A stretch of 64,000 bases of DNA from an uncultured virus (IMG/VR IMGVR_UViG_3300033149_002562) (lineage: Duplodnaviria > Heunggongvirae > Uroviricota > Caudoviricetes), in the IMG/VR virus record IMGVR_UViG_3300033149_002562; one strand, given 5' to 3'. Below are positions 17,753 to 26,906 of the stretch, piece after piece. The notes under the pieces were generated by a model. That model had not been told where the DNA came from, ran no database searches, and was given only the letters and a program-made list of their open reading frames with translations. Both the position numbers and the translations under genes were made by a program. The first letter of the stretch is position 1. Every line of letters begins with the position of its first letter.

Positions 17753-18361
17753 ATGATGGAGTCCAAAAAGCCCAAAGCGGCAAAGACAGAGGGCGTTACC
17801 TATCAGTACAAGCTGTCGGAGAACCTGCGCTACGGCAACAAAGCGCAGAAGGCCGCGTTGCTTAAATGGATAAGCCAGCCGAAGTACCGCAAGCGCCGCC
17901 CGACGCCGCAAGAGCTTATCGCGGAGTGCAAGCGGCCGAACAGCGGATTGTACGGGCTCATTGAGGTCCGCCAGAAGCAAGCGGCAGAACTCTATTGGCG
18001 GCAGGCGGCCCAAGACATCCTCCGCCATATCAATGTCGTCAAAGTCAACGTCGTCACAAAGGAGGTGATCGGCAAACCAGTCGTTGCTTTTGTTCCGGTA
18101 AAGTACGAACAGGGCGGGCGGATAGCCGACGACAATTACGTGCCGACCTCCCGCGTAGCGAACGACCCCGCAATGCTCGGCACGGTGATCGAACGAGCGG
18201 AGCGGGAGTTTCTCGCCTGGATGGACAGGTGGGAGCGATTCGACGAGTTCTTGGAGGTCTTCGCCCCCGTGCTCGATGCGTACCGCAAGGTCAAGAAGAC
18301 ATTTCCTGCTGGCGCTGGTTGTGCTGGCATTGACAAGAAGGTGGCGGCGTCGGCACCGTGA
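17753..18361 (+). CDS. hypothetical protein, candidate partner of the RAMP/array locus
   Basis: AAGGAG RBS right after the array; PTPQELIAECKRPNSGLYGLIEV...AAELYWRQAAQDILRHI. Confidence 0.75.
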   Translation: MMESKKPKAAKTEGVTYQYKLSENLRYGNKAQKAALLKWISQPKYRKRRPTPQELIAECKRPNSGLYGLIEVRQKQAAELYWRQAAQDILRHINVVKVNVVTKEVIGKPVVAFVPVKYEQGGRIADDNYVPTSRVANDPAMLGTVIERAEREFLAWMDRWERFDEFLEVFAPVLDAYRKVKKTFPAGAGCAGIDKKVAASAP

Positions 18362-18392
18362 CCCGTGGCTCGCTTGACGACCGGAGAATACG

Positions 18393-19340
18393 ATGGCGAA
18401 GCTAGAACTCGCGTTCGTCTTTCGCCCGTCGAATCCATACCTCTGTGGATTGCGGCCGAATCGAAATTACGAACGGTTTTTTCTGCGAGTGCTACCGGAA
18501 ACGTCTGGCGTCAGGGTGACGATGTTCGGTCAAGACATAGGAGTGCTTGACCTTGCGCCGTTCGCCCGACGATTCGACGCTTGGCTGTTCTTTGATTGTG
18601 TGCCGTGGGGTATCCCCACTGTGCGAGGCGAGGAGAAGATTACGGTGCCGAAGGTATGCATGGCTGGTGACCCCCATTCATTCTCGAAACGGTGGGGCGA
18701 CCGCACGAAATTGGAGTGGATGCGCCACTTCCGTTTCGACGCCTACTTCTTTCAGCACGCGCCGAGCTACTTTTACAAACACGCTCCCGCCGAGATGACG
18801 TACTGGTGGTTGCCGCTTGGCGTAGATGAGGAGCAATACGGCGGCGAGTGCCCGCCGTTGTCGGCCCGACGACGGGACAAGGTGTTACTAACCGGCGTGT
18901 TGGGTGGCGAGCTATACCGGATGCGAACGCTTTTGTCTCGACTCCCGCAAGTCCATTACATCGCGCCAGGCAGTTATCAGGGTATGCGGTATGAGCCGCG
19001 ACCGCACGACGGGCCAGGCTATCGCAACCTACTGCACGGTTGGGCGTATGCCATCGCGTCGGGCTATTCGTTTTTGTGCAAGCACTTGGAGATACCGGCC
19101 GCTGGCTGCTTGTCGTTCGCCCATTGCGAGGACGAGGCGTTAGATTTTGCCGAGCTTCGGGGGACCGACCGTTGCATCGAAATCCGGTCAGACACAGATT
19201 GGGAGCAAGCGCTTCGGCTTGACGGTGATCTAGCGCGGTACCAAACCATCGCCGACGCTGGCCGCGATCACGTTCTTGGTATGTTCACTCACCGCCATCA
19301 GGCAGTCAAGCTTGTGGCAAAGATAAAGGAGCTAGTATAA
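18393..19340 (+). CDS. glycosyltransferase (CgeB/GT4-like)
   Basis: WLPLGVD, KHLEIPAAGCL, IADAGRDHV...FTHRHQA. Confidence 0.75.
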   Translation: MAKLELAFVFRPSNPYLCGLRPNRNYERFFLRVLPETSGVRVTMFGQDIGVLDLAPFARRFDAWLFFDCVPWGIPTVRGEEKITVPKVCMAGDPHSFSKRWGDRTKLEWMRHFRFDAYFFQHAPSYFYKHAPAEMTYWWLPLGVDEEQYGGECPPLSARRRDKVLLTGVLGGELYRMRTLLSRLPQVHYIAPGSYQGMRYEPRPHDGPGYRNLLHGWAYAIASGYSFLCKHLEIPAAGCLSFAHCEDEALDFAELRGTDRCIEIRSDTDWEQALRLDGDLARYQTIADAGRDHVLGMFTHRHQAVKLVAKIKELV

Positions 19341-19498
19341 TGATTGCACCCGCGAAACCGACGCCGCCGAGCAATGTCGAGACCGGGCCGTACAACATTG
19401 CCGTAGGCATCCTTCTCGGTCTGCTCACCATTTCGTTCGGCATTATTATAGGCTTCGGGATGCGACTCGGTTGGCGGCTCGCCGATTGCTTGTTCTAA
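19340..19498 (+). CDS. small single-TM protein (52 aa, not in the ORF track)
   Basis: TAATG coupling, AAGGAG RBS, hydrophobic IAVGILLGLLTISFGIIIGFG. Confidence 0.55.
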   Translation: MIAPAKPTPPSNVETGPYNIAVGILLGLLTISFGIIIGFGMRLGWRLADCLF

Positions 19499-19510
19499 CG
19501 GCAGCCAGAT

Positions 19511-20104
19511 ATGTCCTTCGCCTTTACGATCCCCGATTCGTGTCGTGAATTGGCCCACTTGCAGGTGAGTCAATGGCCTGACGAGCCCGACGCCTTCGAA
19601 CGGATCAGCCAGGCAGAGTGGCAGGCTTTCGCGCCACTGGTCGAGTGGCAGCGAGTCAAGACGATCCTCGACCTCGGCTGCGGTCTCGGCCGCATGGCCT
19701 GCTGGATCAATGCTCACGTGCCGGGCCGATCTTTCGTGCTCGCGGACTTTGACGAGGTAAGCACGACCGAGCCACGGTACGAGTGGGAGCCCGGAGACGA
19801 GCGGTACAGCATCGCTGCCAAGACGCGAGAGTTCTGCGCAACGAACGGCCTATCAGCGATGACATACCGAAATCTCGCCGTGCTTGTGCCGTCGTTCCCG
19901 CGGGTGGACCTCGTGGTGTCATTCCTCGCCGTCGGCTTCCATTGGCCGATACCAGATTGGCTGCTTCGACTCCGCTCGCCAATATTCGTCTTCGGGGTGC
20001 GAGCTAACAAATACCGCATCGAAGATTTCACAAGTGACTTCGGCAGCGTCTACTTGCGACCAGGGTTCTGTGAGAAGGAACAGGTACTCATATTGCAAAG
20101 GTGA
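19511..20104 (+). CDS. class I SAM-dependent methyltransferase
   Basis: ILDLGCGLGR motif I; VDLVVS. Confidence 0.8.
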   Translation: MSFAFTIPDSCRELAHLQVSQWPDEPDAFERISQAEWQAFAPLVEWQRVKTILDLGCGLGRMACWINAHVPGRSFVLADFDEVSTTEPRYEWEPGDERYSIAAKTREFCATNGLSAMTYRNLAVLVPSFPRVDLVVSFLAVGFHWPIPDWLLRLRSPIFVFGVRANKYRIEDFTSDFGSVYLRPGFCEKEQVLILQR

Positions 20105-20107
20105 GCG

Positions 20108-20725
20108 ATGTCGGCGTGGAACCCCTATTTCGAGAAGTTTGCCACTATGCATCCAGTCGGGGAGATGCCGTGGCCGGAGCGGTCGTTTGGTGCGCTCGCT
20201 GATCTGACTGTGAAGCAGTATCGCCGCCGGACCGAGTGGGTCCGCCTTTTCGCATGGGCTATCCCGACTCCAGAAGCTATCAATCTGCTTGCGTCGTACT
20301 CTCCATTAGTCGAGATTGGGGCAGGCACCGGCTATTGGGCGAGGCTCATCGCGGAAGCGGGCGGCGACATCCTAGCCTATGACATCCACCCGCCCCGCCG
20401 CGGAAAAAAGACTCGGGGGCACAATCGTTACCACGGTCGCATCCGGTACTTCGATGTGCGTAAGGGCGGCCCTAGTAAACTGCGCCGATACCCCAACCGC
20501 ACGCTATTTCTGTGTTGGCCGCCGTACGATGCGCCGATGGCCTGGCAGTGTCTGCGGAAGTACCGAGGCCGTCACGTCGCGATAGTAAGTGAAGGCGAGG
20601 GCGGGTGCAGCGCGGACGACAAGTTTTGGACACTCTTGCGGTCGTCCGGCTTTCGGCCTACGGTAAGATGTGACCTACCTCAATGGGTCGGGATACATGA
20701 CTATCTAGCTGTATGGGAGAGGTAG
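20108..20725 (+). CDS. SAM-dependent methyltransferase-like protein
   Basis: LVEIGAGTGYWA, LAYD, LFLCWPPY. Confidence 0.75.
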   Translation: MSAWNPYFEKFATMHPVGEMPWPERSFGALADLTVKQYRRRTEWVRLFAWAIPTPEAINLLASYSPLVEIGAGTGYWARLIAEAGGDILAYDIHPPRRGKKTRGHNRYHGRIRYFDVRKGGPSKLRRYPNRTLFLCWPPYDAPMAWQCLRKYRGRHVAIVSEGEGGCSADDKFWTLLRSSGFRPTVRCDLPQWVGIHDYLAVWER

Positions 20726-21085
20726 ATGACCGCGGTAACGAGCAACGGGCATGGCGTTTTGGAGTGGAGCGGCGGCTCAGCTCCGATTAGGCGATGGGAG
20801 ATCACTCATCACCGCGATTCGGCTACGGTCTTCGCTCGCATCAGTTCGGAAGTGGGAGGGCCTGTTCTCGGGGAACATTGCTTCGCTAAGTTGCTAATGG
20901 CTGGGGGATACTGCTCGTACGCAGGCGTAGTGAGTCAAGTCCATGTGTATGCCGAGGATGACATAAGCGCCACTGAATTAGAGGTCTTCGTTGGCGGTAG
21001 GTACGTTTCGTACCCACCGCTGCCGCAAGAACCACTCCAGCCACCACCACCGCGCCGTCGCATTGTATTCGAGGACGAACCATGA
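20726..21085 (+). CDS. hypothetical protein
   Basis: Translationally coupled ORF. Confidence 0.55.
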   Translation: MTAVTSNGHGVLEWSGGSAPIRRWEITHHRDSATVFARISSEVGGPVLGEHCFAKLLMAGGYCSYAGVVSQVHVYAEDDISATELEVFVGGRYVSYPPLPQEPLQPPPPRRRIVFEDEP

Positions 21086-22074
21086 AGGTGCTAGTGCTAT
21101 TCCCCAAACGGTTGTGGGAGACGAAAGTCAGCCCCGCTCGTCGTCACGTCATTCGGGCGCTGAAGCGAACCACTGGCGTGCGAGTGAAGGTCAGCGGACA
21201 GGGGTGGCCCGATTGGGACGCGACAAACGACGGGCCGCTGAACGTCAATCGGCTGATGCCCGACGCTGACGCTGTGCTGTGGTACAAGCCGCAGGGGGCC
21301 AGAGAAGTACCGCCAATCAAAGGAGCTGCGCAGATTACCCGACGATGGCTTGTCGTCGAGACGTTCAACGAGTGTCACGCAGGTCAGGCCGTCGAATCGG
21401 CGAAGCTAGGGACGGGGCTCATGGTTCTACACCACGCGAACGACCGAGTACGGGCCAAGGCCGCCGTCCGCAAACATCATCCCGCTCCGGATTCGTGCAG
21501 GATCGTCCACGTCGCACACTGCGCCGAGCGGGAGGTGTTTGCCGCCGCCGCAAGGCCGTGGGATGGACGGGATACTGACGTGGTGCTGACTGGCGTGTTA
21601 TCGTCGGAGTATTATCCATTTCGCTGCCGACTCGCTGATCTGATTCAACGAAAGAAGTTACCAGGTCAATGCGTTGTTCACAGGCACCCAGGCTATCGGG
21701 CAAAGAACTTGGCGGCGTGCGATGAACGGGTGAAAGAGTACGCCAAGTTACTCGGCCGCTCGAAGATCGCGCTCGGCTGCTCGTCACGGTTTCGCTACGC
21801 CTTGGCCCACTACGTTGAAAAGGCGATGGCTGGCTGCCTCGTAGTGGGTGATCTGCCGGACCAGGCCGGGCACGAGCGATTCGTCGTCGGGTTGAACCCC
21901 GTATGGAGTGACAAGCAAATCGCATTTGAGATCGGTCATTGGCTGAGTAATCCAATAGACGCGGCAGAAAAGGCCATGCAGGGGCACGAGCTGGTGCTGG
22001 ACGAATACACGCAAGAGCAATACGTCAAGCGGCTGCTAGCGGCTATCCAGGATTGTGCTGCTGGCGGTCAATGA
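21082..22074 (+). CDS. glycosyltransferase (CgeB/GT4-like)
   Basis: LTGVLSSEYYPFR, YAKLLGRSKIAL, EKAMAGCL; similar to 18393..19340. Confidence 0.75.
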   Translation: MKVLVLFPKRLWETKVSPARRHVIRALKRTTGVRVKVSGQGWPDWDATNDGPLNVNRLMPDADAVLWYKPQGAREVPPIKGAAQITRRWLVVETFNECHAGQAVESAKLGTGLMVLHHANDRVRAKAAVRKHHPAPDSCRIVHVAHCAEREVFAAAARPWDGRDTDVVLTGVLSSEYYPFRCRLADLIQRKKLPGQCVVHRHPGYRAKNLAACDERVKEYAKLLGRSKIALGCSSRFRYALAHYVEKAMAGCLVVGDLPDQAGHERFVVGLNPVWSDKQIAFEIGHWLSNPIDAAEKAMQGHELVLDEYTQEQYVKRLLAAIQDCAAGGQ

Positions 22075-23278
22075 GAAACCTCCGAAATGTCCGAAGATTC
22101 GCCGTCAACTCCGCACGGCTCAATCCGCCCACGATGCTGACATGAGCAGAAGGTTCGCCGTCGTCGGGACGGAATGCGTAGAAGTTCGGGTCCGGGCTAG
22201 GCTCCAATCTCACGCCGAAAGCCGTCGGGTCGTCGGCTATCGCAGTACCGGGGAACGGATAGAAGGACGTGAGGCACACGATGACGTGTGGGTGACGACG
22301 GCACCATGCTTGGTTCAGGCCGAGCGTTCGCCTAGTCTCTCCGGGCGTGCCCATCATCATTAGCGCTCGGACGGACGGGATACCCGCTTCGGCCGCGTTG
22401 TCCACTGCCCGCTCGCCGTCTTCGACCGTCTGCCCTTTACGGATTGCGCGAAGCACGTCAGGATCGGCCGACTCTACGCCGAAGTTCAGCTCGACGCATC
22501 CGCTGTCGGCCATCGCGCGATAGAGAGACGGGTCGTTCGGACGGCATCGCAGCGACCCGCGCCACCGCACACCGTAGCGGCCGAGCAGATCGAAGACGGC
22601 TCGCGCCCTGTCCGGTCGCCGCAACACGTTGTCGTCGGCCACTCTGACGTGTCGGATGCCGAGCCCGACGATTTGGCGAAGCTCGGCGTCAATCCGGTCG
22701 AGTGGGTATTCGTGAAAGGCGTTGCACGACCCTGATTGGCAGAAAGCGCAGCGGTAGCGGCAGCCACGACTTGTCAGCAGCGTGGCCGATGGCCCGGCGA
22801 GTCCGGTACGCGGGTGAAATATCCGTCCACCAGGCTGGCGTAGCATGGACCGGTCGGGTGGCGGCCAGCGATTGAACGGCTGCCGCTCAGGCACCACGAT
22901 CCGTCCTCGTGGCCGATTCGCGGTCGAGAGGGCCGCCAGGACCGTCTCTCCGGGCCCCTGGACGATCAGGTCTATAGTATCGCCCAATAGCTCTGGAGAC
23001 CGCGAGACGGGGCCTCCGGCGACGAGAAAGGCCGCTCGTCCGTAGGTTGCTCGCAGCTTGGCAGCGGCTGCGGCGATGATCGGCCCGTCGATCAGGCAGC
23101 CTGAGAACGCTACAACCCCGGCACCGGCGACCACCGGCCCGCCAGCTTGGGCATCGACGACTCGCACTTCGTAGCCCAACTCCCGCGCAAGGGTGGCGAG
23201 CGAAAGCAACCCGAGCCCATACTGCGCAGCGGGCTCGACAAGGTAAGGCTTCGGGTGATAAATGGCCCAGAACTTCAC
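22043..23278 (-). CDS. B12-binding radical SAM enzyme
   Basis: TSRGCRYRCAFC (CxxxCxxC), GLLSLA, VAGGP, FGVESAD, GTPGET. Confidence 0.9.
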   Translation of the reverse strand: MKFWAIYHPKPYLVEPAAQYGLGLLSLATLARELGYEVRVVDAQAGGPVVAGAGVVAFSGCLIDGPIIAAAAAKLRATYGRAAFLVAGGPVSRSPELLGDTIDLIVQGPGETVLAALSTANRPRGRIVVPERQPFNRWPPPDRSMLRQPGGRIFHPRTGLAGPSATLLTSRGCRYRCAFCQSGSCNAFHEYPLDRIDAELRQIVGLGIRHVRVADDNVLRRPDRARAVFDLLGRYGVRWRGSLRCRPNDPSLYRAMADSGCVELNFGVESADPDVLRAIRKGQTVEDGERAVDNAAEAGIPSVRALMMMGTPGETRRTLGLNQAWCRRHPHVIVCLTSFYPFPGTAIADDPTAFGVRLEPSPDPNFYAFRPDDGEPSAHVSIVGGLSRAELTANLRTFRRFLIDRQQHNPG

Positions 23279-24250
23279 TTAGTCTCGCAATATCGCTTTC
23301 CACCAGGCCGGGGCCAGGTTACGCCAAGCGTATCGACGAACGGCCGATTTACGGAGAACGCGGCTACACTCTGCCCACCTCGCTGGGTCCGCTAATGCTT
23401 CGATCCGTTGCCGCATTTGGCTCACTACTCGACGCGCTCCCCTGGCATCACCATAGTCCGGCACAACGAGCCCGAGGTCTGCGATCTCCGGCCAATCCCG
23501 CACGGCTCCGACATTAGTAGACACGACTGGCGTACCGCAGCACGCGGCTTCGAACGGCGGACACGGGCCGCCCTCAGCCGTCGAGCAGACGACCAACACG
23601 CCGAGCGACCTGTACCATGCGGCCATGCGATTCGGTGGGAGCGCGGTGTGATAGGTTCGGCAAACGTGGTCGCATTTCGCGGCAGACGATAGCCCTTCAC
23701 ACAACGGCTCCCACACGGCGTCTTGACCCTTAAAATCGGCTGGCTGCGCGCAGAACCCGACTAGTGAATAGTCTCGCTGTTCATCGGAGCCATGAATGGG
23801 CGAGAACACGTCGGTATCGACGCCGAGGTTCAACGCGATCGTGTGCGGGTTCAGCGGCCGAAGGCTATCCGCGAGTTGATGCGATTGGCAGATCACCATA
23901 TCGCAGTGCGGTAAGTGCTCCTCTGCGAGGTTGCGATTCCGCGTCAGCGTGACACCGAGTGTCCGCCAGTCCTCCGAGGCGAAGTAATGCATAAGGGCGT
24001 GCGAGCCGACGAACCGCACGATCCGTCGCCCCTTCGCCCGCAATCGCTCCGCGAACGGCGCGAGGTCAGTATGGAATGACAGAACGAGCAGCACGTCGGA
24101 TTCAGCTACTTCGCTTGCGCGCATGGCGTAGAACGCCTCGTGCGACACGGCTTCGGCCACCGTACCGGGCGGCACGTACTTTAGCAATCCCGTTGCGGCG
24201 TGACACAATGCCCACCCATCTACGTCGTAGACAATCAGCACGTGAGCCAT
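23279..24250 (-). CDS. GT4-family glycosyltransferase
   Basis: GVDTDVF, KG, STAEGGPCPPFEAACCGTPVVSTNVG. Confidence 0.88.
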   Translation of the reverse strand: MAHVLIVYDVDGWALCHAATGLLKYVPPGTVAEAVSHEAFYAMRASEVAESDVLLVLSFHTDLAPFAERLRAKGRRIVRFVGSHALMHYFASEDWRTLGVTLTRNRNLAEEHLPHCDMVICQSHQLADSLRPLNPHTIALNLGVDTDVFSPIHGSDEQRDYSLVGFCAQPADFKGQDAVWEPLCEGLSSAAKCDHVCRTYHTALPPNRMAAWYRSLGVLVVCSTAEGGPCPPFEAACCGTPVVSTNVGAVRDWPEIADLGLVVPDYGDARGARRVVSQMRQRIEALADPARWAECSRVLRKSAVRRYAWRNLAPAWWKAILRD

Positions 24251-24251
24251 C

Positions 24252-25238
24252 TCAATCCCCCAGTACGAACCCGAGTATCTTTGGCGCGAGCGTCTTGTAA
24301 TCGTATCGCCGTTCTACGGATTGTCGCAAGAGCTGGCCGATTACCTGGCAATGATGTCGGCTTCGTCGCATTGCAAGCAGCCTGTCTCGCATAACCGCAA
24401 CGGTGCGCTCCGCCTCGGCGCGGTTGCGATACGTTGGGACGAGGCACCCGAGCGACTTCATTTCCGGCCAATCCACGAGTCCGCCAACGGCTGTAGACAG
24501 AACCGCTCGACCGCAAGCCGCCGCCTCATAGGGCGGGTTCGGCGTACCTTCTGCCGACGCCGTACTCACAAGCACGTCGATCCCGGCGTACCACGTCGCC
24601 ATTTCTGCGGCCGATAGCGCCGAAGAGTAGTCGTTGGCTAGCACTCGCCATTCAACGAGTCCACGCGTCGCCATGATGAGCGGCCGGAGTACCTTCTCGA
24701 ATCCCTTGAACGATTGCCCGTTATGGGCAGAAGGGTTGGCGCACCATCCAGCAACGAACGGCGAATCTGTTGGTCGCTGTGGTGCGACTGAAAACGTGGC
24801 GAGGTCAACGCCGACCGGATAACACGCGACGATTGCAGGACTGGCGAGTCGGCGCATCGCAATCGTCAATGCCTCGTTTCTAGCCGTCACGGCGTCGGCC
24901 CGTGATAAGTGGCGGCGTGCGATCTTGGCATTGCGGTTCTTTGTGACGCCGAAGGTGCGAAAGTCGTTGGGTCGTTCTCGCTCATACATTAGCGCGTGCG
25001 ACGCGGCCTGCGCGACAAGTCTTCGAATGCCCGGATGTCGCTTGACGAACCAGATCGGCAATACGTAGACGGCAGCGAAGGACCGGAGCCACGCCTCGTC
25101 CCGCTTCGCCCTCCGACTGTACGGGCCGCACTCGATCAATTCGATTTCGACGCCGGACGGAGCGTAACGCTGTAGATTGAGCGCGTAGCGGTGCTGAGCC
25201 CACCCTTCGACATCGTAGACGATCAGCACCCTTCGCAT
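24252..25238 (-). CDS. GT4-family glycosyltransferase
   Basis: ASAEGTPNPPYEAAACGRAVLSTAVG. Confidence 0.88.
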   Translation of the reverse strand: MRRVLIVYDVEGWAQHRYALNLQRYAPSGVEIELIECGPYSRRAKRDEAWLRSFAAVYVLPIWFVKRHPGIRRLVAQAASHALMYERERPNDFRTFGVTKNRNAKIARRHLSRADAVTARNEALTIAMRRLASPAIVACYPVGVDLATFSVAPQRPTDSPFVAGWCANPSAHNGQSFKGFEKVLRPLIMATRGLVEWRVLANDYSSALSAAEMATWYAGIDVLVSTASAEGTPNPPYEAAACGRAVLSTAVGGLVDWPEMKSLGCLVPTYRNRAEAERTVAVMRDRLLAMRRSRHHCQVIGQLLRQSVERRYDYKTLAPKILGFVLGD

Positions 25239-25241
25239 AGG

Positions 25242-26243
25242 TCACCCGTGTAAGATCGCATCGAAATACAGCGGCGCAATGGTCTCATACCCGTAGCGCG
25301 CGGTCACGTCTTCGCGCAGCGCCGCCGCCGCAGACCGTAGCCTATCGCGGTCGTCGGCGAGGCAGTTCAGGATTCGCGCTAATGATTTAATGGTCTCGCC
25401 GCACGTCGTCTTATTCCAGTACGCCGGGGCGACCAATTCCAGATTATGCGGCAACGCCCAGTCAGTCACCATGCCGACGTTAGTGGATACGATGCAGCAA
25501 CCGCACGCCGCCGCCTCGAAGATCGGCGACGGAGTGCCCTCTGTGATCGACGTACACAAGAGCACGTCCGTACTCTGATACCGCTCAACCATCGCCTGAC
25601 GCGAAATGGCATTTCGGTGGTCCCGCGTATTCGTCCACCAATCAAACCGCTTGTCGCCGATGGACGCCCGTAGCGGTTTGTAGACTTCTTCGTATCCCTT
25701 GACGCTGCGATCACCTCGCGGCGATGCGCACCAGCCGACTATCAGCTTGCGACCGCTGAATCGTGCATCTTCGGTCGGCGGCGCAAAGACAGACGTATTC
25801 ACGCCGCTCGGCACTAGATATGTTCGCGGGTTGTGTTGCTTGGCGTGGTTAAAGATCGCCCGATTGACGGCCACAACCGCATCGAACTTCGGCAGTCGCT
25901 GGGCGGCTCGACGACAGTTGCGCGACACGGTGGCCGTCCATTCCCGCCAATCACCTCGCGATTTCTTCGCACGGTAGCGATACAAACTCCCGCATGACGT
26001 GACGAGCGTCACTTTACGTTTCGCGTGTCGAAGTTGGTCAAGAGCGAAGCCCGCCCATGACATTGCGAATACCGCATCGAACGACGCCACCCACTTTGCC
26101 CCGCGCCTATTGATGTCTCGACGGTACTCATGTTGCGTGCGAATCGTGCAATCTATACCATCCGGCGCGAACGAACGAAGGTCGCAGGCCCGGTACCACC
26201 AGGCCCAGCCTTTCACGTCGGGGACGAGCAATACACGCGTCAT
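25242..26243 (-). CDS. GT4-family glycosyltransferase
   Basis: TSITEGTPSPIFEAAACGCCIVSTNVG. Confidence 0.88.
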   Translation of the reverse strand: MTRVLLVPDVKGWAWWYRACDLRSFAPDGIDCTIRTQHEYRRDINRRGAKWVASFDAVFAMSWAGFALDQLRHAKRKVTLVTSCGSLYRYRAKKSRGDWREWTATVSRNCRRAAQRLPKFDAVVAVNRAIFNHAKQHNPRTYLVPSGVNTSVFAPPTEDARFSGRKLIVGWCASPRGDRSVKGYEEVYKPLRASIGDKRFDWWTNTRDHRNAISRQAMVERYQSTDVLLCTSITEGTPSPIFEAAACGCCIVSTNVGMVTDWALPHNLELVAPAYWNKTTCGETIKSLARILNCLADDRDRLRSAAAALREDVTARYGYETIAPLYFDAILHG

Positions 26244-26902
26244 GCGACGAATACCCCCAACACGTTAGCCTCCCCGAGTAGTTCAGAGTGGTCTTTGTAA
26301 TGACCGAACTTCAGCATCGCCGCGTCGATGTTGCCCCATTTTTGCAGATAGGCGGGGTCGTCGCTGAGTATCGCGCCGAGTCGCTCCGCCATCTCGCGGC
26401 CAGGATTCGGCCCGTCGCCCAGCCTGAGGCACAGATCATGGACGCCAACGACGGCGGCACGCCCTTTGATCTTTTCGTAGAGTCGTAGCCCATCGTCATT
26501 TTTCGGCCCGTCAAGTAGCACGGCTGTTGTAGTATCGTCGCGAGCCAGCGCCTTCGGCACGAACGAATAGCCGTTGCCGACGTGAAAGTGTAGGCGCGCT
26601 CCAAACTTCCTTCGTAGCCTCGCGTCGGCCTCTCGCACACTATGCTTGTCGATGCTGTAGACCGGCCACGTTGCTACGCGGCATAGTACCTCGGTGGAGT
26701 AGCCGTGCTTGCGACCCGACTCGATTACGCGGCGGCAACCAGCCTCCAATGCCAGTGAGCAAAACAGCAGCATCTCGCTGGGCAGTATCGCGTTGTGCTG
26801 TGGTGCGACCAACTCGATGGCCGGGACGAGTGTGAGTGCCCATTTGTCCACGATCCTGTGTATCGCGTCGTTCATTAGAGTTTCCTCTGGCACGGCATCC
26901 AC
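26240..26902 (-). CDS. SAM methyltransferase-like protein
   Basis: VIESGRKHGYST, YSID, LLDGPK, VHD. Confidence 0.65.
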   Translation of the reverse strand: MDAVPEETLMNDAIHRIVDKWALTLVPAIELVAPQHNAILPSEMLLFCSLALEAGCRRVIESGRKHGYSTEVLCRVATWPVYSIDKHSVREADARLRRKFGARLHFHVGNGYSFVPKALARDDTTTAVLLDGPKNDDGLRLYEKIKGRAAVVGVHDLCLRLGDGPNPGREMAERLGAILSDDPAYLQKWGNIDAAMLKFGHYKDHSELLGEANVLGVFVA

Positions 26903-26906
26903 CCTA

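Noticed and set aside
16351..18028. Long minus-strand ORFs (474 aa, 321 aa) and short plus-strand ORFs across array 1
   Set aside because: Low-complexity translations of the pentamer repeat, which rarely produces stops; they overlap better-supported genes and the 5/9-nt periodicity is not codon-based
19298..19717. 139-aa minus-strand ORF
   Set aside because: Antisense to a coupled plus-strand run (small TM protein and methyltransferase)
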